Positions 9,983 to 22,993 of a stretch of DNA of 38,635 nucleotides are shown piece by piece. Positions within the stretch are counted from its first letter, which is position 1, and every line of letters starts with the position of its first letter. Below the pieces are notes generated by a model. The model was given only the letters and a program-made list of their open reading frames with translations, had not been told where the DNA came from and ran no database searches. This DNA is from Jimgerdemannia flammicorona (taxonomy: Eukaryota): NCBI GenBank assembly GCA_003990765.1, contig RBNJ01000158.1, positions 1-38,635 of the forward strand, written 5' to 3'. The translations under genes and the position numbers were made by a program.

Positions 9983-11000
9983 CATCTGAATGAGATGTGT
10001 TCTGCCTTCTTACAGATGAAGCACAATCCTTTTTTGTGGAGCTGCTTCTTCTCATCCTCAGTGGGAGGTCTGGGTTCTCTGGGGTTTCACTGGTTCCTTT
10101 GATCATTCCTATGATCATATCTTTGGTCATTCCTTTGATCATTTCTCCTGGTAGAGTTTCTCCTATCTTGGTTATCTTTCTTGTATTCTTGATTTCGTGG
10201 AGCTTGTGCAGCAAGGATTTCACAAGCTCTTCTTTGTACTTGGGCAAAGCACCATGAGTAGTGGGGACATCCTTGGGAAAGACCTTGTTCCTTGATTTTC
10301 TGAGTGAGCCAGTCTGGTAGGGCTGCAAAAAGATGGTTGGCTCTGGTATCATTAATGGCCAAATTGTTCTCCTGATAGGTAAGTTCAACAGTTTTGAGAT
10401 AGGCATCCATTCTGGTGGCAAAGGTCTCTAGATCCTCTTTGCTATTCTTGTGGAACTTCATCTGAGTTAGTTTATTCCAAGTTTCTTGTATGTAGGCTGT
10501 ATTTCAGAATTTGGTCAGTAGCAAGGCCTTGAGTCCTGAGCCTGCTTCATAGTTATCCCAACCTGGTCTATTGTTGCCAGGTACTTGTCCATTGACTTGA
10601 GGGTGGGCTTCCCAGGTTACTGGGTGTTATTCTAAGATTCGCCAGAATTTGGCTGCTGTTCCAGTGAAGAATGTAGCTACTGTTTCTACTTATGCTGCTG
10701 ATGTGGCAAACAGCTGTTGAAGGGTGCTGTTCTGGTTGTTGGTGAACATTTCTATAGGTACTTAGTTGTCATTCCATTGATTTGCTCAATAGCCTGTATC
10801 AACTGCATTAATGAAGTTTTTGATATCGCTGTTTTTTCAACTGAATGTTGGAATTCGCAAGGTCTTGGTTGGTTTGTTCTGTTCAGCAATCTGCCCTACT
10901 ATCCCTGCTAGTGCTACTAGCTGGGTGGTCAGTGCTGTAATATTGGCATCTACCATTGTGTTGACTATTGGTGGTGGGCCTGTTGGGGTAGATTCTCCTG
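9983..11000 (-). pseudogene. Gypsy A gag with CCHC zinc knuckle
   Basis: CFICKKAEHISFRC at ~9983-10024; capsid-like segment EDLETFATRMDAY upstream; start not resolved. Confidence 0.75.
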
Positions 11001-11484
11001 AAGATTGTTCTGCTTGATGAGGTTGTGGTGCTATATGACTTGGAGTTACTTGATTCCCAGATATTAAGTCAAAGAGTCCTGTGAGAGAGGGTAAACCAAA
11101 CTTCTGTATAGGTGGCTGGGTTAGTTCTGGGGTCTGATCTTCTTGACCTGTGATTCCTTGGTAAATTCCTAGGCCTGCTGTTCCTTATTAGCTATCATCA
11201 GACTGGTAACTTGTAGAGTCTTTGTCTGACTCTCTTCTCTGATGAGATAGTGCATCCTCATACTGACTAGGTCCTTCAAAGAGGATATCAGTCTCTGGCT
11301 GGGTTGATGGGCCTGCTCCTTGTTCAGCAGTAGAGGATGGGTGGCCTGCTTGTTCATTCTCATACCTAGTTATAGTAGAGGTATAGTATACAACTAGTCT
11401 GTAGTAGAGGGAGGTCTTGGTTGAAGTATGATGATACCTGTCAGAGGCAATCTACTCGACAGCTGCTTCTCTTGCAGCAGGGGG

Positions 11485-12633
11485 TGTAATATAATCTAAA
11501 AAATCCTGAGTGGCTGCAGCAGTAGATTCTGGGGTCCTAGTGGTTCCAATGTATTCTCGGAGGAGTTCATAGAACCTACAGTGGCTAACAATATTCCTAA
11601 GTCCTGGAAGGTATGTCCTAAAGGCCTAGTATAGATCCTTGTAAGTCTGGTCAATTACAAGCTAATGGGTTCTTGGATCTGTAGTTTCCTGGTACCACCT
11701 GGTCCTAATGGCAAGGACTTCTCTAGCTCTGGTTTGGGGATCCACAGTTGGTTCTGGGGGTTACTCCTGTCCAAGGTTGGTCTTGTTTCAACTTCAGAAG
11801 TATATCTTTGGTGCCTTCTTGGCTGGTAATCTACTGCTACCAAGTTGTAATAACTTTCACTTCTACCCCTCTCTTATCCTTAGGATAATTAGGGAAGTGG
11901 ACTATTACTTAGGGACTTAGTACACAATGTGTACCAAGAAGCCTTTAGTTTGAGGAAGTGCTCACTTATAAGTAAGTTGTAGTAGCAGTACCTTCTATTT
12001 TAAAGGTCTTTTTCTTGTGCCCTATTTCAAGGGTCTTGTTCTTTGCTGTGCACAGATTGAATTTGCCTTGGAATTCAGGTTCAATGAGTTTACTTAAGTC
12101 TTTGGGGATTTATATACTGGTCTCAGTTCTGGCAGAAGTTAGCTAGGCTTCTGGAGTTTAGTTAGAAATACTAGAGTCACTTAGATATCATTACTAAGAC
12201 TCAGGGGAATGTATGTATGTGGGGGGGACTTGATTCTTGTATCAAGAACTGAACTAAAACTGCTTTATTTCAGATGGAAACTGGGGGGTATTTATACAAG
12301 TTGGTCTGCGATTTCTGACTAAGTATGAGTGACTAATTTGGTAACTATAATGAGGTTTGTGATCGTGACCTTTGTCAGATGGTTTTTGGTAAAGAATATC
12401 TTTGTGATCAGGACCTCAATTACTAGGCAATAATCAGCAGCTGTAGCAACTATTGCTGTAGTGCCAGTTGTTAGGGATAAGCTAAATATTGTTTTCCACA
12501 TCATTCATTTACATCATTCATCACTTGTTATTCATATGCTACACTCGATCATATGATGATGTCATCACTGGGTCATGTGATCATTTGTAATCGCTTGTCG
12601 CATTCCATCTATTCACTTATTCATTCTATTACA
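11485..12633 (-). repeat. 5' LTR of Gypsy A (~1149 bp)
   Basis: 7-bp terminal inverted repeat TGTAATA..TATTACA; TATAAATA and AATAAA on the - strand near 12260-12300; abrupt switch to element B pol at 12634. The partner LTR is not in the window. Confidence 0.7.
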
Positions 12634-15600
12634 CTACCCAAGACCTGGAACAACTACAGAAGTCCATGCCTTTCTTGGACTGGCCAGCTACTATAGAAGA
12701 TTCATCAAAGAATACTCCAACATTACAGTATCTATTTATGAGCTACTGAAGAAAAAAACCAAATTTGAATAGACCAAGGAATGCTAAGAAATCTTTAATG
12801 AACTCAAGACTAGATTGACCCAAGCACCTATCCTCAAAAGATTAGATTGGAATCTAGAATTCAACTTGTAGATAGATATAAGTACTATAGGACTTAGAGC
12901 AGTCTTAGCTCAGAAGAAAGATAGATATGAATATATTATCTCTTATGGATCTACAGGCTGTAAGAGTATGACTGTACTGTCAAGCACTGCCCAGGAAGAA
13001 CCAATGCCAATGCTGATGCACTCTCAAAGATACTCTGAAACACTCTCATCAAGACTATTTAATATGAATAAGGAGTTATACTATAGATTAATTAGCTATC
13101 TTAAGCAGCAGAAGATACTCAACCACCTTAAACCCTGGACAATCACCATTATCAACTAGACTTGGAAACAGTTTAAACTAGACAACACTATATTCAGAAA
13201 AGGAGAAAAGCTTATAATACCTGAATATAAGAAGTATTAAGTAATAAAGGAAGTATATGAACAAGGATACTTAGGAGGAATCAATATATATGACAAGATA
13301 AGAAGAACTATGTAGTGGCTCAAGATAGAAGAAGACCTATGTCAATTTGTCAAAGAGTGTGACAAGTACCAAAAATAGAAATAAGATCAGCAATATCAGA
13401 CATCTGAGTTATCAAAAATTGAGTCTATCCCCTTCCACTACATCACAATAGATATTATTGGGCCACTATCAGTAACACTATCAGAAAACTACTATATTAT
13501 AGTTATTGTAAATCTCTTTATCAAATAGATAGAAGCAGGAGCATTATAAGAAGCCAATACCCTCTCTATAGCTAACTTCCTGTACTGAGAAATCATCTGC
13601 TACTATAAGATACTAAGGCAAATTACCACAGACCATGGTACAGAATTTGTCAATAGATTCCATGAGATAATATATCAGAAATATAAGATTCAGTATATCA
13701 AGACCACTGCATACTACCCTCAAGAAAATAGATAGATAGAGAGAACCAACAAGACCCTCAAGAACATCCTGGCAAAGATCTCAGACATATATAAGAATTG
13801 AGATAACTACCTCTCAACTGCCCTCTCTATCCTATGAGACATATAATCACAGAGTACACATTTTACCCAAGAGAACTGCTCTTTAGAGAAGAAAATTCTG
13901 ATAGAACCTCAGCCATAAATCTAGACCTAACTTAGAGACAGATTGACTCAGAAATCTGGAGACTATATCAAATCAGAAAGAAGGCTAAAGATTATATCAT
14001 CAAGTCACAAGCACTGATAAAAAAGAATGCAGAAAAAAATTACAAGACCCTAGAACCTATTCAAATCAGAGAAAAGGTCCTACTGTATTGAAATATAGTA
14101 GAAGCCTCATAGTTATGAAAACTGAAGCCCAAATAGGAAAGACCCTTCTATGTATAAGATATCAAGAAAACTACCTTCTGGCTTAGAAAAATCTCAGAGA
14201 CTATACTGCCTACTATAGTATATAGGAATAGACTTAAGAAATACCATGAACCTATACAAGAGAAGTAAAATGTAATGACTGCCCATAAGGTTCTAGTCCA
14301 CAAATCATAATAGTATATCTCATGACTAGTAGGCTATCTGTCTGGACCATTCTCTAAGAGATACAGCACCAGCAACTACTCATCTATAAGACTTTCAAAG
14401 CCAGAGGAGTTTGAACTATTAACTGATTGGTCAAGATCAGAATCAAGTCCTTACTCTATATGAAGGGAACAACTTTTCACCATTATACCAAAATATAAAG
14501 AGAAGATACTAGCTCATAAATACTACTTTTTGACCCCTTATCAGAGGTTATGGGATCAGTAAATTTTTTAGAACTAAACTAATAAATAAGAATATTCAAG
14601 AAGATCCTTATTCAGGAGGAAGATGTAATAGTGACCTCAGAATGATAACATCAGCACAAGAGACAGCCTTTCCTTGTAAACCACTAGATCAGAATACAAG
14701 AAGATCATATAGCATAACTCAGGCTATGAGATGAGTAATGATGACTAACTGTAAGTCATTATGACCACAGGTCAGACATCTTGAGAAATATAAAAGAAGA
14801 ATCAAGAAACTATAGTAGTAGTAACTCAACAAGACCCACTAATCCCAAAATAGCTCAAAGACTTACTATAAACAAAATACCTACTGCTTGCCAAACCTCA
14901 AGGTCAAGGAACTATTAAGATATCTCAGTTAAAGAAAAGATGTTTCAAGACATCAGAAGAGCTATGAGGATCTGTACAAGAAAGACTTCTAGCCTTAACC
15001 TGAGTACTATAGATTCTTATCACTTTATTCTCTACTACCATAAAATGGAAACAAGGATCATCATTGCTACTGAATATCTCTAAATATGATAGAAGTATGA
15101 AATAGGAAACCTTCTCTGCTAGAAGTTCTCATAGGCTAGCTCTTAAAAGTTACAAAATACCACTCTTATAGATATATACAAAACAAAGATAGCTAAGAAG
15201 ATTCATCAGATCTTCAGATATGTACCATAGTCAATATCTAACTTGGAGTATATTAGAGTCTCAGATTTCAGAGATCTGTCAGCCCACTATATCAATATAC
15301 TAGAAGCCAGGGTGGCTATAGAAGCCCAGTCCACCATTACTCTTAATAGTGATGAAGTAGAAGACTTCTGGCATCCTATCCTTTAGGATAACTCAGATCA
15401 ATTCTTATAAGGATTGATCTCAGTATTTCAAGGCTCAAGCATCTAAATTAGATCTCCCTAAGACTCTATATTTGTTTCTTATTTTGTAGAAGAGAATCTT
15501 ATAGATTAGAGAGCCCCTGATTTCCCTACTACTGAACATAATGACATCATTGGCAATGGTGTCATCTTGTATAATATATGCAAAGTATGTAAAATATATA

Positions 15601-16080
15601 ACCTATGTAATGAGATCAAAACATTTGCAGACCTCATCTTCTTTAAGAACAGCAATGATGAGAATGTTGCCTCTATAGTTCTGAACATTCTGCTCTAAGT
15701 CCCTTAGTTACATGAAATTATACTAGTATCCTGAACCTATGCAATCATCTGTGCCAACTCTAGAACTTAGTAGTTTTCTATATTCCAGCATTTTATTGGT
15801 TATTGAAATTTATATTTAGCTTTATATCTTAGCAACCATTGAATTATATTTTGTATAAATACCCTTCTTATTTCCTCTGAAATAAAGTCAGTTAAGTTCA
15901 CTTATTCTCAATTTCTTATAAGTAATCTAAGAGATAACAAGATAGTTTAAAAATAAGAAGTTTGAGGACTATAAGACCTTGGGAAGGTACTCCAATAAGA
16001 ACTTGCTTATAACAAACTTGAGTTAGTCTAAGAGATATACCTTGAAGAGAATCTGATGTATTTGAAGGACTCAGCAACTA
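12634..16080 (+). mobile_element. Ty3/Gypsy LTR retrotransposon B, 3' part (RT tail, RNase H, integrase, probable 3' LTR), strongly decayed
   Basis: EVHAFLGLASYYRRFIKEYS, GLRAVLAQ, NANADALS, IDIIGPL, ITTDHGTEF, IERTNKTLK, YRNRLKKY; right boundary uncertain. Confidence 0.85.
14624..16080 (+). repeat. Probable 3' LTR of Gypsy B
   Basis: Purine tract AGGAGGAAGA directly before TGTAATAG at 14624; TATAAATA..AATAAA at ~15855-15886; end not resolved. Confidence 0.5.
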
Positions 16081-16083
16081 TTA

Positions 16084-16470
16084 TGTGATAATATCTAATA
16101 TAAAAGTTTTATTAATTCTTAATTATATCTTAAAGATATCTTTTAAAATTTATATTATTATTTTTAACTATTTGTTTTTAATTCTTTTAAATACTTTTAT
16201 AGATATATATTTTATTTAAAGTATTTTAATATTCTATTTTAATTAAATAATAGTTTAAATTGATATTTATAGTATTAAGAACATTACTCTCTTATAATTA
16301 TTCTTTTCTTTAATATAATAAATACAGAACTACAAAACAACTCTTACAATATGCGCTCTTTTATTCAATTCTAGTTTTATTTTATTCTATATCTCTTATT
16401 ATTTTGCTTCTCTTGTTTAAATTGTTTTATTTCAGTTTAATCTAATATACTTATTATAATATCTCTATCT
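16084..16470. other. Extremely AT-rich low-complexity tract, possibly a fully decayed repeat
   Basis: Almost no G/C; lies between Gypsy B and the CLC gene. Confidence 0.55.
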
Positions 16471-16568
16471 GTGATTCCTACTACTAAAAGTCGACTGTAA
16501 AAGGTAATGCGTAAAATGTATGTCACGAAAACATTCCATTTTCTATATCATACCTTACCAATCTCTGG

Positions 16569-19500
16569 ATGTCTCGGCCTTATTCCTATATCCCTGACAA
16601 CCCATGGACGGATGCGCATGGTACCGCAGATTGGAGGGCTTCCGCCAGTGGTTTACTGAACAGCAATCGTTCAATTCCGGCTAGCTCAACCGAATTGTCG
16701 CCTCCATTGTCGCCCAACGTCGACACCGAAACGAATAGCACCGTAAGGCAGATTCACAATCCGTAAGTAGACGAAACAACTATAAATGTTTCCAGTTCTT
16801 TCATCATACTAATCTAAAGATAGAACACTCCTCACTGGCTTAGTTTTGTTGTTGAATCGACTTTCCAACGAAAACACAGCGGCAACGGAGCTCGTTCGTC
16901 TTTTATTGACCTGGCATCTCCGTTGCGCTTCCCGGAGGCAGCAGCTGTGATTGGAAACATTGCACCTCTGTTTGACAGGGATGATACAGAGAATGGAAGG
17001 CTACTGAACACCATCTCCGACAGAGAGGACCTTTTCACCGATACCCCAGACGCATCGGATTGGAACGTAGAAGGCACCGGTAGGAGGGTGGCCTACGATG
17101 ATTTCACGACCATCGGTGCGTGCTAAGGAATATTTTTTGGGTGGCGGTTGTTACTGATGCGTCGACAGCGCGAGCACGGACCTGGAATGATACTTAAAAC
17201 ATGTAATAAAGTGAACGGCATGATATGCCTCTTGCTATTACGTAGCAAATATCGCTACTAAAAACAACTGCCGGATATTTGTGCTGCAGTTTGATGTCTA
17301 AGAAGCTTGATATTCTCATCGAAGTATCTAATATTATAACCCTCTTTTAACCACAGATTGGATTCATGATTTCGCAAAAGAGCGGTCCCGGCAACGTCTC
17401 CTCAAAGAGAAGAATGGCTTTTATGGTCAGCTTGCCATCATGTACGATGCCACACAAGGCCCATTTATCGTTCTGATGACTGGGATAGCCTCTGGTATCC
17501 TTGCTGCTTCAATTGACATAACTTCAGAGTGGCTCAGAGATCTTAAGGAAGGACATTGCGATACTGCCTTCTATCTGAATAAACAATTTTGCTGCTGGGG
17601 CCTCGATGGTATGTTACGATTGCTTCTAGTTAAGACATATTAGGGTTATAAAGAGGGTTCAATAACCTATGCTTTGTTCCTGTACAGTACCTACAAACGA
17701 GATGTGTGACATGTGGATCCCATGGAGCTCAGCAGTGCATGCCAATCCCGAGTGGGGTAGTTTCTTGGTACAATACACAGTCTACGCGGGATTCGCGGTA
17801 TGGACCAACTGCCGTTTTTCTTTGCAGTATACCTTTTCCTAATTGGTTCGTTGATCTCGTGAATGCAGTAGTCATTGTAACGCCATTTACAACAGATGAT
17901 CTTGTCTGGTGTCGCATCGACGCTGGTAGTGAAGTTTGCTCCTTACGCGGCGGGAAGTGGGATCCCTGAGGTGAAGACGATCCTTGGTGGATTTGTGATA
18001 AGAAAATTTCTTGGTGTTTATACCTTGGTTGTAAAGAGTATTGGTCTTGTAAGTGTCTTGGTCTCATAAAAGCAAGCATTGGACGCAGAGTCAGATCAAC
18101 ACAGCCTTTTAGAAATAGCGTTGTTCTGTTTCTACTGCTGATCTCTGACCGACGTATTTTTCAATGGTATGATGCAGGTTTTAGCCGCTGCATCTGGCCT
18201 ATCTTTAGGTAAAGAAGGCCCCTTAGTTCACCTTGCTTGCTGCTGTGGTAATATCTTATCCCGCATATTTCCAAAGTTTCGGAATAATGAAGGTATTTCT
18301 TTGGTAAATCTGAGAACCAGAGCTTATTAGTCTCGTATATTAGATATTAATATCGTCTCTCGCTCCGAAAGCCAAAAAGCGTGAAATCCTGTCTGCTGCG
18401 TCAGCAGCTGGCATCAGTGTAGCTTTTGGGTCGCCGCTTGGAGGCGTTTTATTTAGTTTGGAGGTATGTGCCCTAATAGTTCCCATTGTAGATCATTGCA
18501 AATGGCAGGTTTAAAACTGACATCAAACTTGTTCGTCAAATCCTTCTCAAGGAAGTATCGTATTATTTTCCATATAAGACCATGTGGCGCAGTTTTTTCT
18601 GCGCGATGATCGCTGCAGTGTCGTTGCAGGTATGTCAAGCACAACATCATCGACATGGCGATCTAAAATATCAGCCACTAATGGCCATTACATACTTCTT
18701 TTCACAGTTGATGAATCCCTTTCGGACGGGGAAGCTCGTTTTGTTTCAGGTCTCCTATGATCGTGATTGGCATGGATTCGAGATGATTTTTTTCGCTTTA
18801 CTGGGCATTGTTGGAGTGAGTTTCGTTTCTAACCCTGTAGTTGTGACAGTCTTGACACGAGATTTTCACTTTGGTTTGTATTTGCAAACTTGCTTTCTAA
18901 TACGCCACCGCTGACGCCACTTCTAGGGTCTTTACGGAGCTTTCTTTATTCGTATGAATCTCATGGTCACTGCGTTCCGGAAGTCGTCGTGGCTTCGCAG
19001 GTTACCGGTCCAAGAAGTGCTGATCGTCACGCTCGCCACTGCCGTTCTGGGATATTTGAATCGATTCATGAGGTACATGTATTTGTTCGATTTGCTTAAT
19101 GTCAAAGTTACTATATGAGGCAATGACCACCTGGTGATCGGTATAGCAACAATGAATTCTGAACGGTTAGTTCTCATTCATTTACAGAGTTGGCGGATCC
19201 GAACTTGTTGCAAAGCTTTTTCGTGAATGTGAAAGCGGCGACTTTCAGGGTGTTTGCAAGTATGGTCTTGTTTATGCAATGTTGTCCTTTTTCGAAATTC
19301 GGATCGGCTAGTAGTGCGCCAAAGAAAAAGAAAAAAAAAAAAAAAACCGCTATTGGTTAAGGAAGCCTATATTAATGCGACAATTATATAAATTGTAGCG
19401 ACGATGTCATCGTCAAAAATATTGTGCTTTTACTTATGGCTGCGGCGATGAAGATTGTATTCTCAATCGCTACATTTGGCATGCATGTCCCTGCCGGGAT

Positions 19501-21144
19501 TCTAATGCCCTCCATGGCAATTGGCGCATGTGTAGGCAGATCCCTGGGGATGGCAGTGCGACTCTGGCAACGGTAGATTTTCACTCTCTTCCATTCGTCA
19601 TATGTATTTGAAGTCGCACATGTAGATCATTCCTGTGAATTGAAGCTAATACTTCAATAATTGTGATTTACAAAATTATAGAAACGACCCTGCCTTTTGG
19701 TTATTCGCGGCATGTAAACCAGATGTACCGTGCATCACTCCGGGAACGTATGCCATGGTGGGGGCTGCAGCTGCATTAGGTGGCACCACCAGAATAACGG
19801 GTATTTATTGAACTCGCTATATGTTGATTTTTGTCTGCGTGCACTCACCTCTGTACCATTATTCCCGTCCTCAATTACCTTGGTAGTATCCCTCGTTGTG
19901 ATCATGTTCGAACTTACGGGGGCTCTCACTTATGTTCTCCCAACCATGGTGGCAGGTGCTTATCGAACGTTCGTTACTCAATCGAAATTGAGAATATGGT
20001 ATCATATTATTCACTCGGCGCTTCGAATCTGTTTATAGTGATGCTGAGCAAGTGGGTGGGCGATGCATTTGGTATAGAAGGCATCTATGATGGCCTCATT
20101 CGTCTCAATGGCTTCCCATACCTTGAAAGCCAAGTCAATTATACCTTCAATACCCTCGCCGCGCACGTAATGACTCGCGTCGAAGATCTGGTAGTTATAA
20201 ATGCAACAGGCCACACCATCGATGGCTTGGGTAAGTTTGCATGGTTTTCGTTGATATTAAATCTTTGTTTATTATTGTCTCTGTCTTCGTTACCTTGGGA
20301 GTTTCGACAGTTGAGTTTTATTCGTCATTTGGCATTTACATAATTCAGGTGACATATTACACGAGACTGATTATAAAGGATATCCCGTTGTTGGCGGCAC
20401 CCGGGATATGCACCTGCTTGGGTACATTTCGCGATCGGAGCTGCGTTACGCGATCGGTATGTATGTGCAAAATGACAATGAAAATGTGTCCGTTGTTTCC
20501 AACCTTAACAATATAGCAATTGGAATTGTCATTCTAATAACTGATTATCGTTCTACATATTGGTACGATTGGCTATATTTCAGACCAGGCGCGGAAAGCA
20601 CCAGGGATTACGGGATCCACCCCTTGTTACTTCACTGGGAACATACCGCAATTATCAGAGTCCCAACTTTTCGTTGACTTAAGGCCTTGGATGGATCAAG
20701 TGAGGATTCTGGGATAAATGAAGTTGTACTCCAGTTCTGAGCAGCAAATCGAGCTATACACTTATTAACTTCATCGCGTTACTCTTATATTCCTTGTAGA
20801 CTCCAATCACAGTTTCACACAAATTTCCAATGGAGATGGTAGTTGAACTGTTCCGCAAAATGGTATATTTTCTTTTTCTCTGCTGATTTTAACCATTTGT
20901 GCCGCACCATTATGTATTAATTAAGCGAATATTTTGTAAAACTCAGGGCGTGAGATATGTTCTGCTTACACACGGTGGAACTATCCTCGGGCTGATTACC
21001 AAAAAGGATGTTCTTCGCCATCTTGCTGTAGTTGACAGACCAAGATCGTTGAGTTGGAATGATACATTTGAGCAAGATGAGAGTCGAATTTTTTTAACCT
21101 CTGGGCGACGTTTATCTGGATTATCCATTTCAACATCTGTTTGA
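16569..21144 (+). CDS. CLC-family Cl-/H+ exchanger (Gef1/ClC-3-like) with two CBS domains. 19 exons: 16569-16762, 16844-17115, 17357-17608, 17688-17797, 17896-18048, 18178-18292, 18372-18463, 18552-18629, 18708-18815, 18927-19072, 19188-19259, 19399-19572, 19682-19800, 19887-19955, 20039-20230, 20349-20456, 20584-20699, 20800-20862, 20947-21144
   Basis: Spliced at GT-AG introns it reads [70 protein letters not shown] with the frame maintained. The first intron has an alternative solution (16743-16823). Confidence 0.95.
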
Positions 21145-21399
21145 CCAGCATATTTTCTACAATACGAAGTAATATATTACTGTTATCATCTCCTTGCCTT
21201 GGACACGTTTCTCTTGTTGTTCTTTTGTTACATTTGAAGGCCTAATATCGGGAAATTCCAGTCATTCGGCGGACAATTGCTCTCCAGCGAACAAGGAAAC
21301 CACTGAGTATCTTGCAACACATCCAAAATATTAGATGATTCAAACCCATTATGACAATCCATATAGAAGCAGACAAATTGACTGACTCTGTTCTCCATT

Positions 21400-21633
21400 T
21401 AATATATTAATTAATATATTATTATATTTAATATTATAATAAATTTAATTATTTTAAATATTAATTTAGAAATATAATAATAAAAATAGTATTTTTAATT
21501 ATATTTTATTTAATTTTAAAATTATTATTATATATTTATAATTAGAAATTAACCCTATAATAAGATATATATCTGTGTTAAAATTTTATATAAACTAAAT
21601 ATAATAAATTAAGAATTAAAAAGTTATATATAG
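21400..21633. other. Extremely AT-rich tract; continues at ~37724-37980 on the other side of Gypsy C
   Basis: Nearly pure A/T on both flanks of the ATAG target duplication. Confidence 0.55.
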
Positions 21634-22974
21634 TGTGACAAATCTAAACATATCACCTGAATTATAACTTAGCCAGATGATGTGAACACCCAGCATAGTA
21701 ACCAGCAACCATTGCTGCAGAAACTGTATAAATAGCCAGACTATCAGATAAGGTATATCTGTGCAGGACCTATACACCTGTGCCAGACCTGCATACTTGT
21801 ACTGGACCTATACAACTTGCCATAAGTAGCAAATCTATAGTTAGCCACATAGCAATCAGATAGCAACCAACTTGTATAAATTACTCTAGAGACAAGAGTA
21901 AATAAACCTCAGTCTGAAATACAAATACCAAAGAAGCTTCTAAAGATTGAGCATTGGTCTCCTTTTCACTCTAGTCTACTTTCTGATATAAAGCTGATTT
22001 TGTTACCAAGTTCAAGTGAAGAACTTCACTGCCTTTAGAATTATTAGTATGCTTGTCAGACTAAGCCTAAAGAACCTGCTGTTTAAGGAATAAGCTATAC
22101 TATTGGTATACTTACCAGACTAAGCCTGAAGAATCTGAGTTTGCTGCCAAGTTCGAGGAGAACTTTGCCACCATTTCTAAGTTATTCATTATATTCCCAG
22201 AAAGCTGTCTTGCTCAAGTCAGTTTCTGATACAACTTTGTAGTGATCTATTTGTATAAATAAAGCCAGTCTTTGATGCAACTTTGCCAAGAGATCCTTTC
22301 CAAGAAGCTGTTAGCACATTTCCCAGTTAAAGCTACTAATTCAGAAGAATCCACACCATCTGAGTTAATTCCCAGAGAACTCTACCAATTCAGGAAGAAT
22401 CCATAACAACCAAGTTATTCATTTGTTCCCAGTGAGCCTAGTACAGAAGAACCTATGCTATCTTCTATTTCCAGTGAGCCAAATTGAGTTATCTGTCAGA
22501 AATTACATATTTTTGGAAATCATCATACTATACAGAGATTGTCATATAGAGATCACCATTGTCTAAGAAGGAAAACTGCTAAATTAATAGACCATTATAT
22601 ATAAGAAATCCATACTACACAAAGATCATCATGCTACACAAGATCATTATACTCAGAGATTACATACTTTTAGAGACTGTTACCCAAGAAGGAAACTGCT
22701 CACACTATATATGAAATCCTACCAATTCCTAGTTGACCCAAAAAGGAAAGATACAAATTACCACTATATCTAAAGAACTGTCCCAATTAGGAAATCAATA
22801 TACAAATTGCTCATAGATATCCAGCTTTGACTATTATATGTACTACTAAATACTAAGAACCTCAAGAATCATAGAACATTTTGTTGCTTTTTAACAAAAG
22901 TAACTGGGGGCTCAAGCCAAACTACATCAACCCCCAACCTTATAATTTGTCTCCATTGAGCCAGGCATGTTATA
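21634..22974 (+). repeat. 5' LTR of Gypsy C (1341 bp)
   Basis: TGTGACAA...GTTATA, collinear with 36387-37723. Confidence 0.95.
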
Positions 22975-22976
22975 TT

Positions 22977-22993
22977 TGGGGGCTTAACTGGGA
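22977..22993 (+). promoter_or_regulatory. Primer-binding site, tRNA-Pro-like
   Basis: TGGGGGCTTAACTGGGA 2 nt after the LTR. Restoring CpGs gives TGGGGGCTCGACCGGGA, close to the tRNA-Pro PBS TGGGGGCTCGTCCGGGA. Confidence 0.7.

Larger units (their letters stand above)
7677..12633 (-). mobile_element. Ty3/Gypsy LTR retrotransposon A (5' LTR-gag-dUTPase-PR-RT-RNase H), decayed, interrupted by the PLE
   Basis: CFICKKAEHISFRC knuckle, dUTPase motifs, [28 protein letters not shown] (8190-8201), TTDASDIAIGAVLSQ..VAYLSQKL. Confidence 0.93.

Noticed and set aside
19321..19346. A-rich run in a CLC intron as a retroposon tail
   Set aside because: No TSD or element body seen; simple repeat.
22000..22700. 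Short internal repeats in the Gypsy C LTR (e.g. cagactaagcct) as a CRISPR-like array
   Set aside because: Degenerate tandem LTR subrepeats without a regular repeat-spacer structure, in a eukaryotic context.
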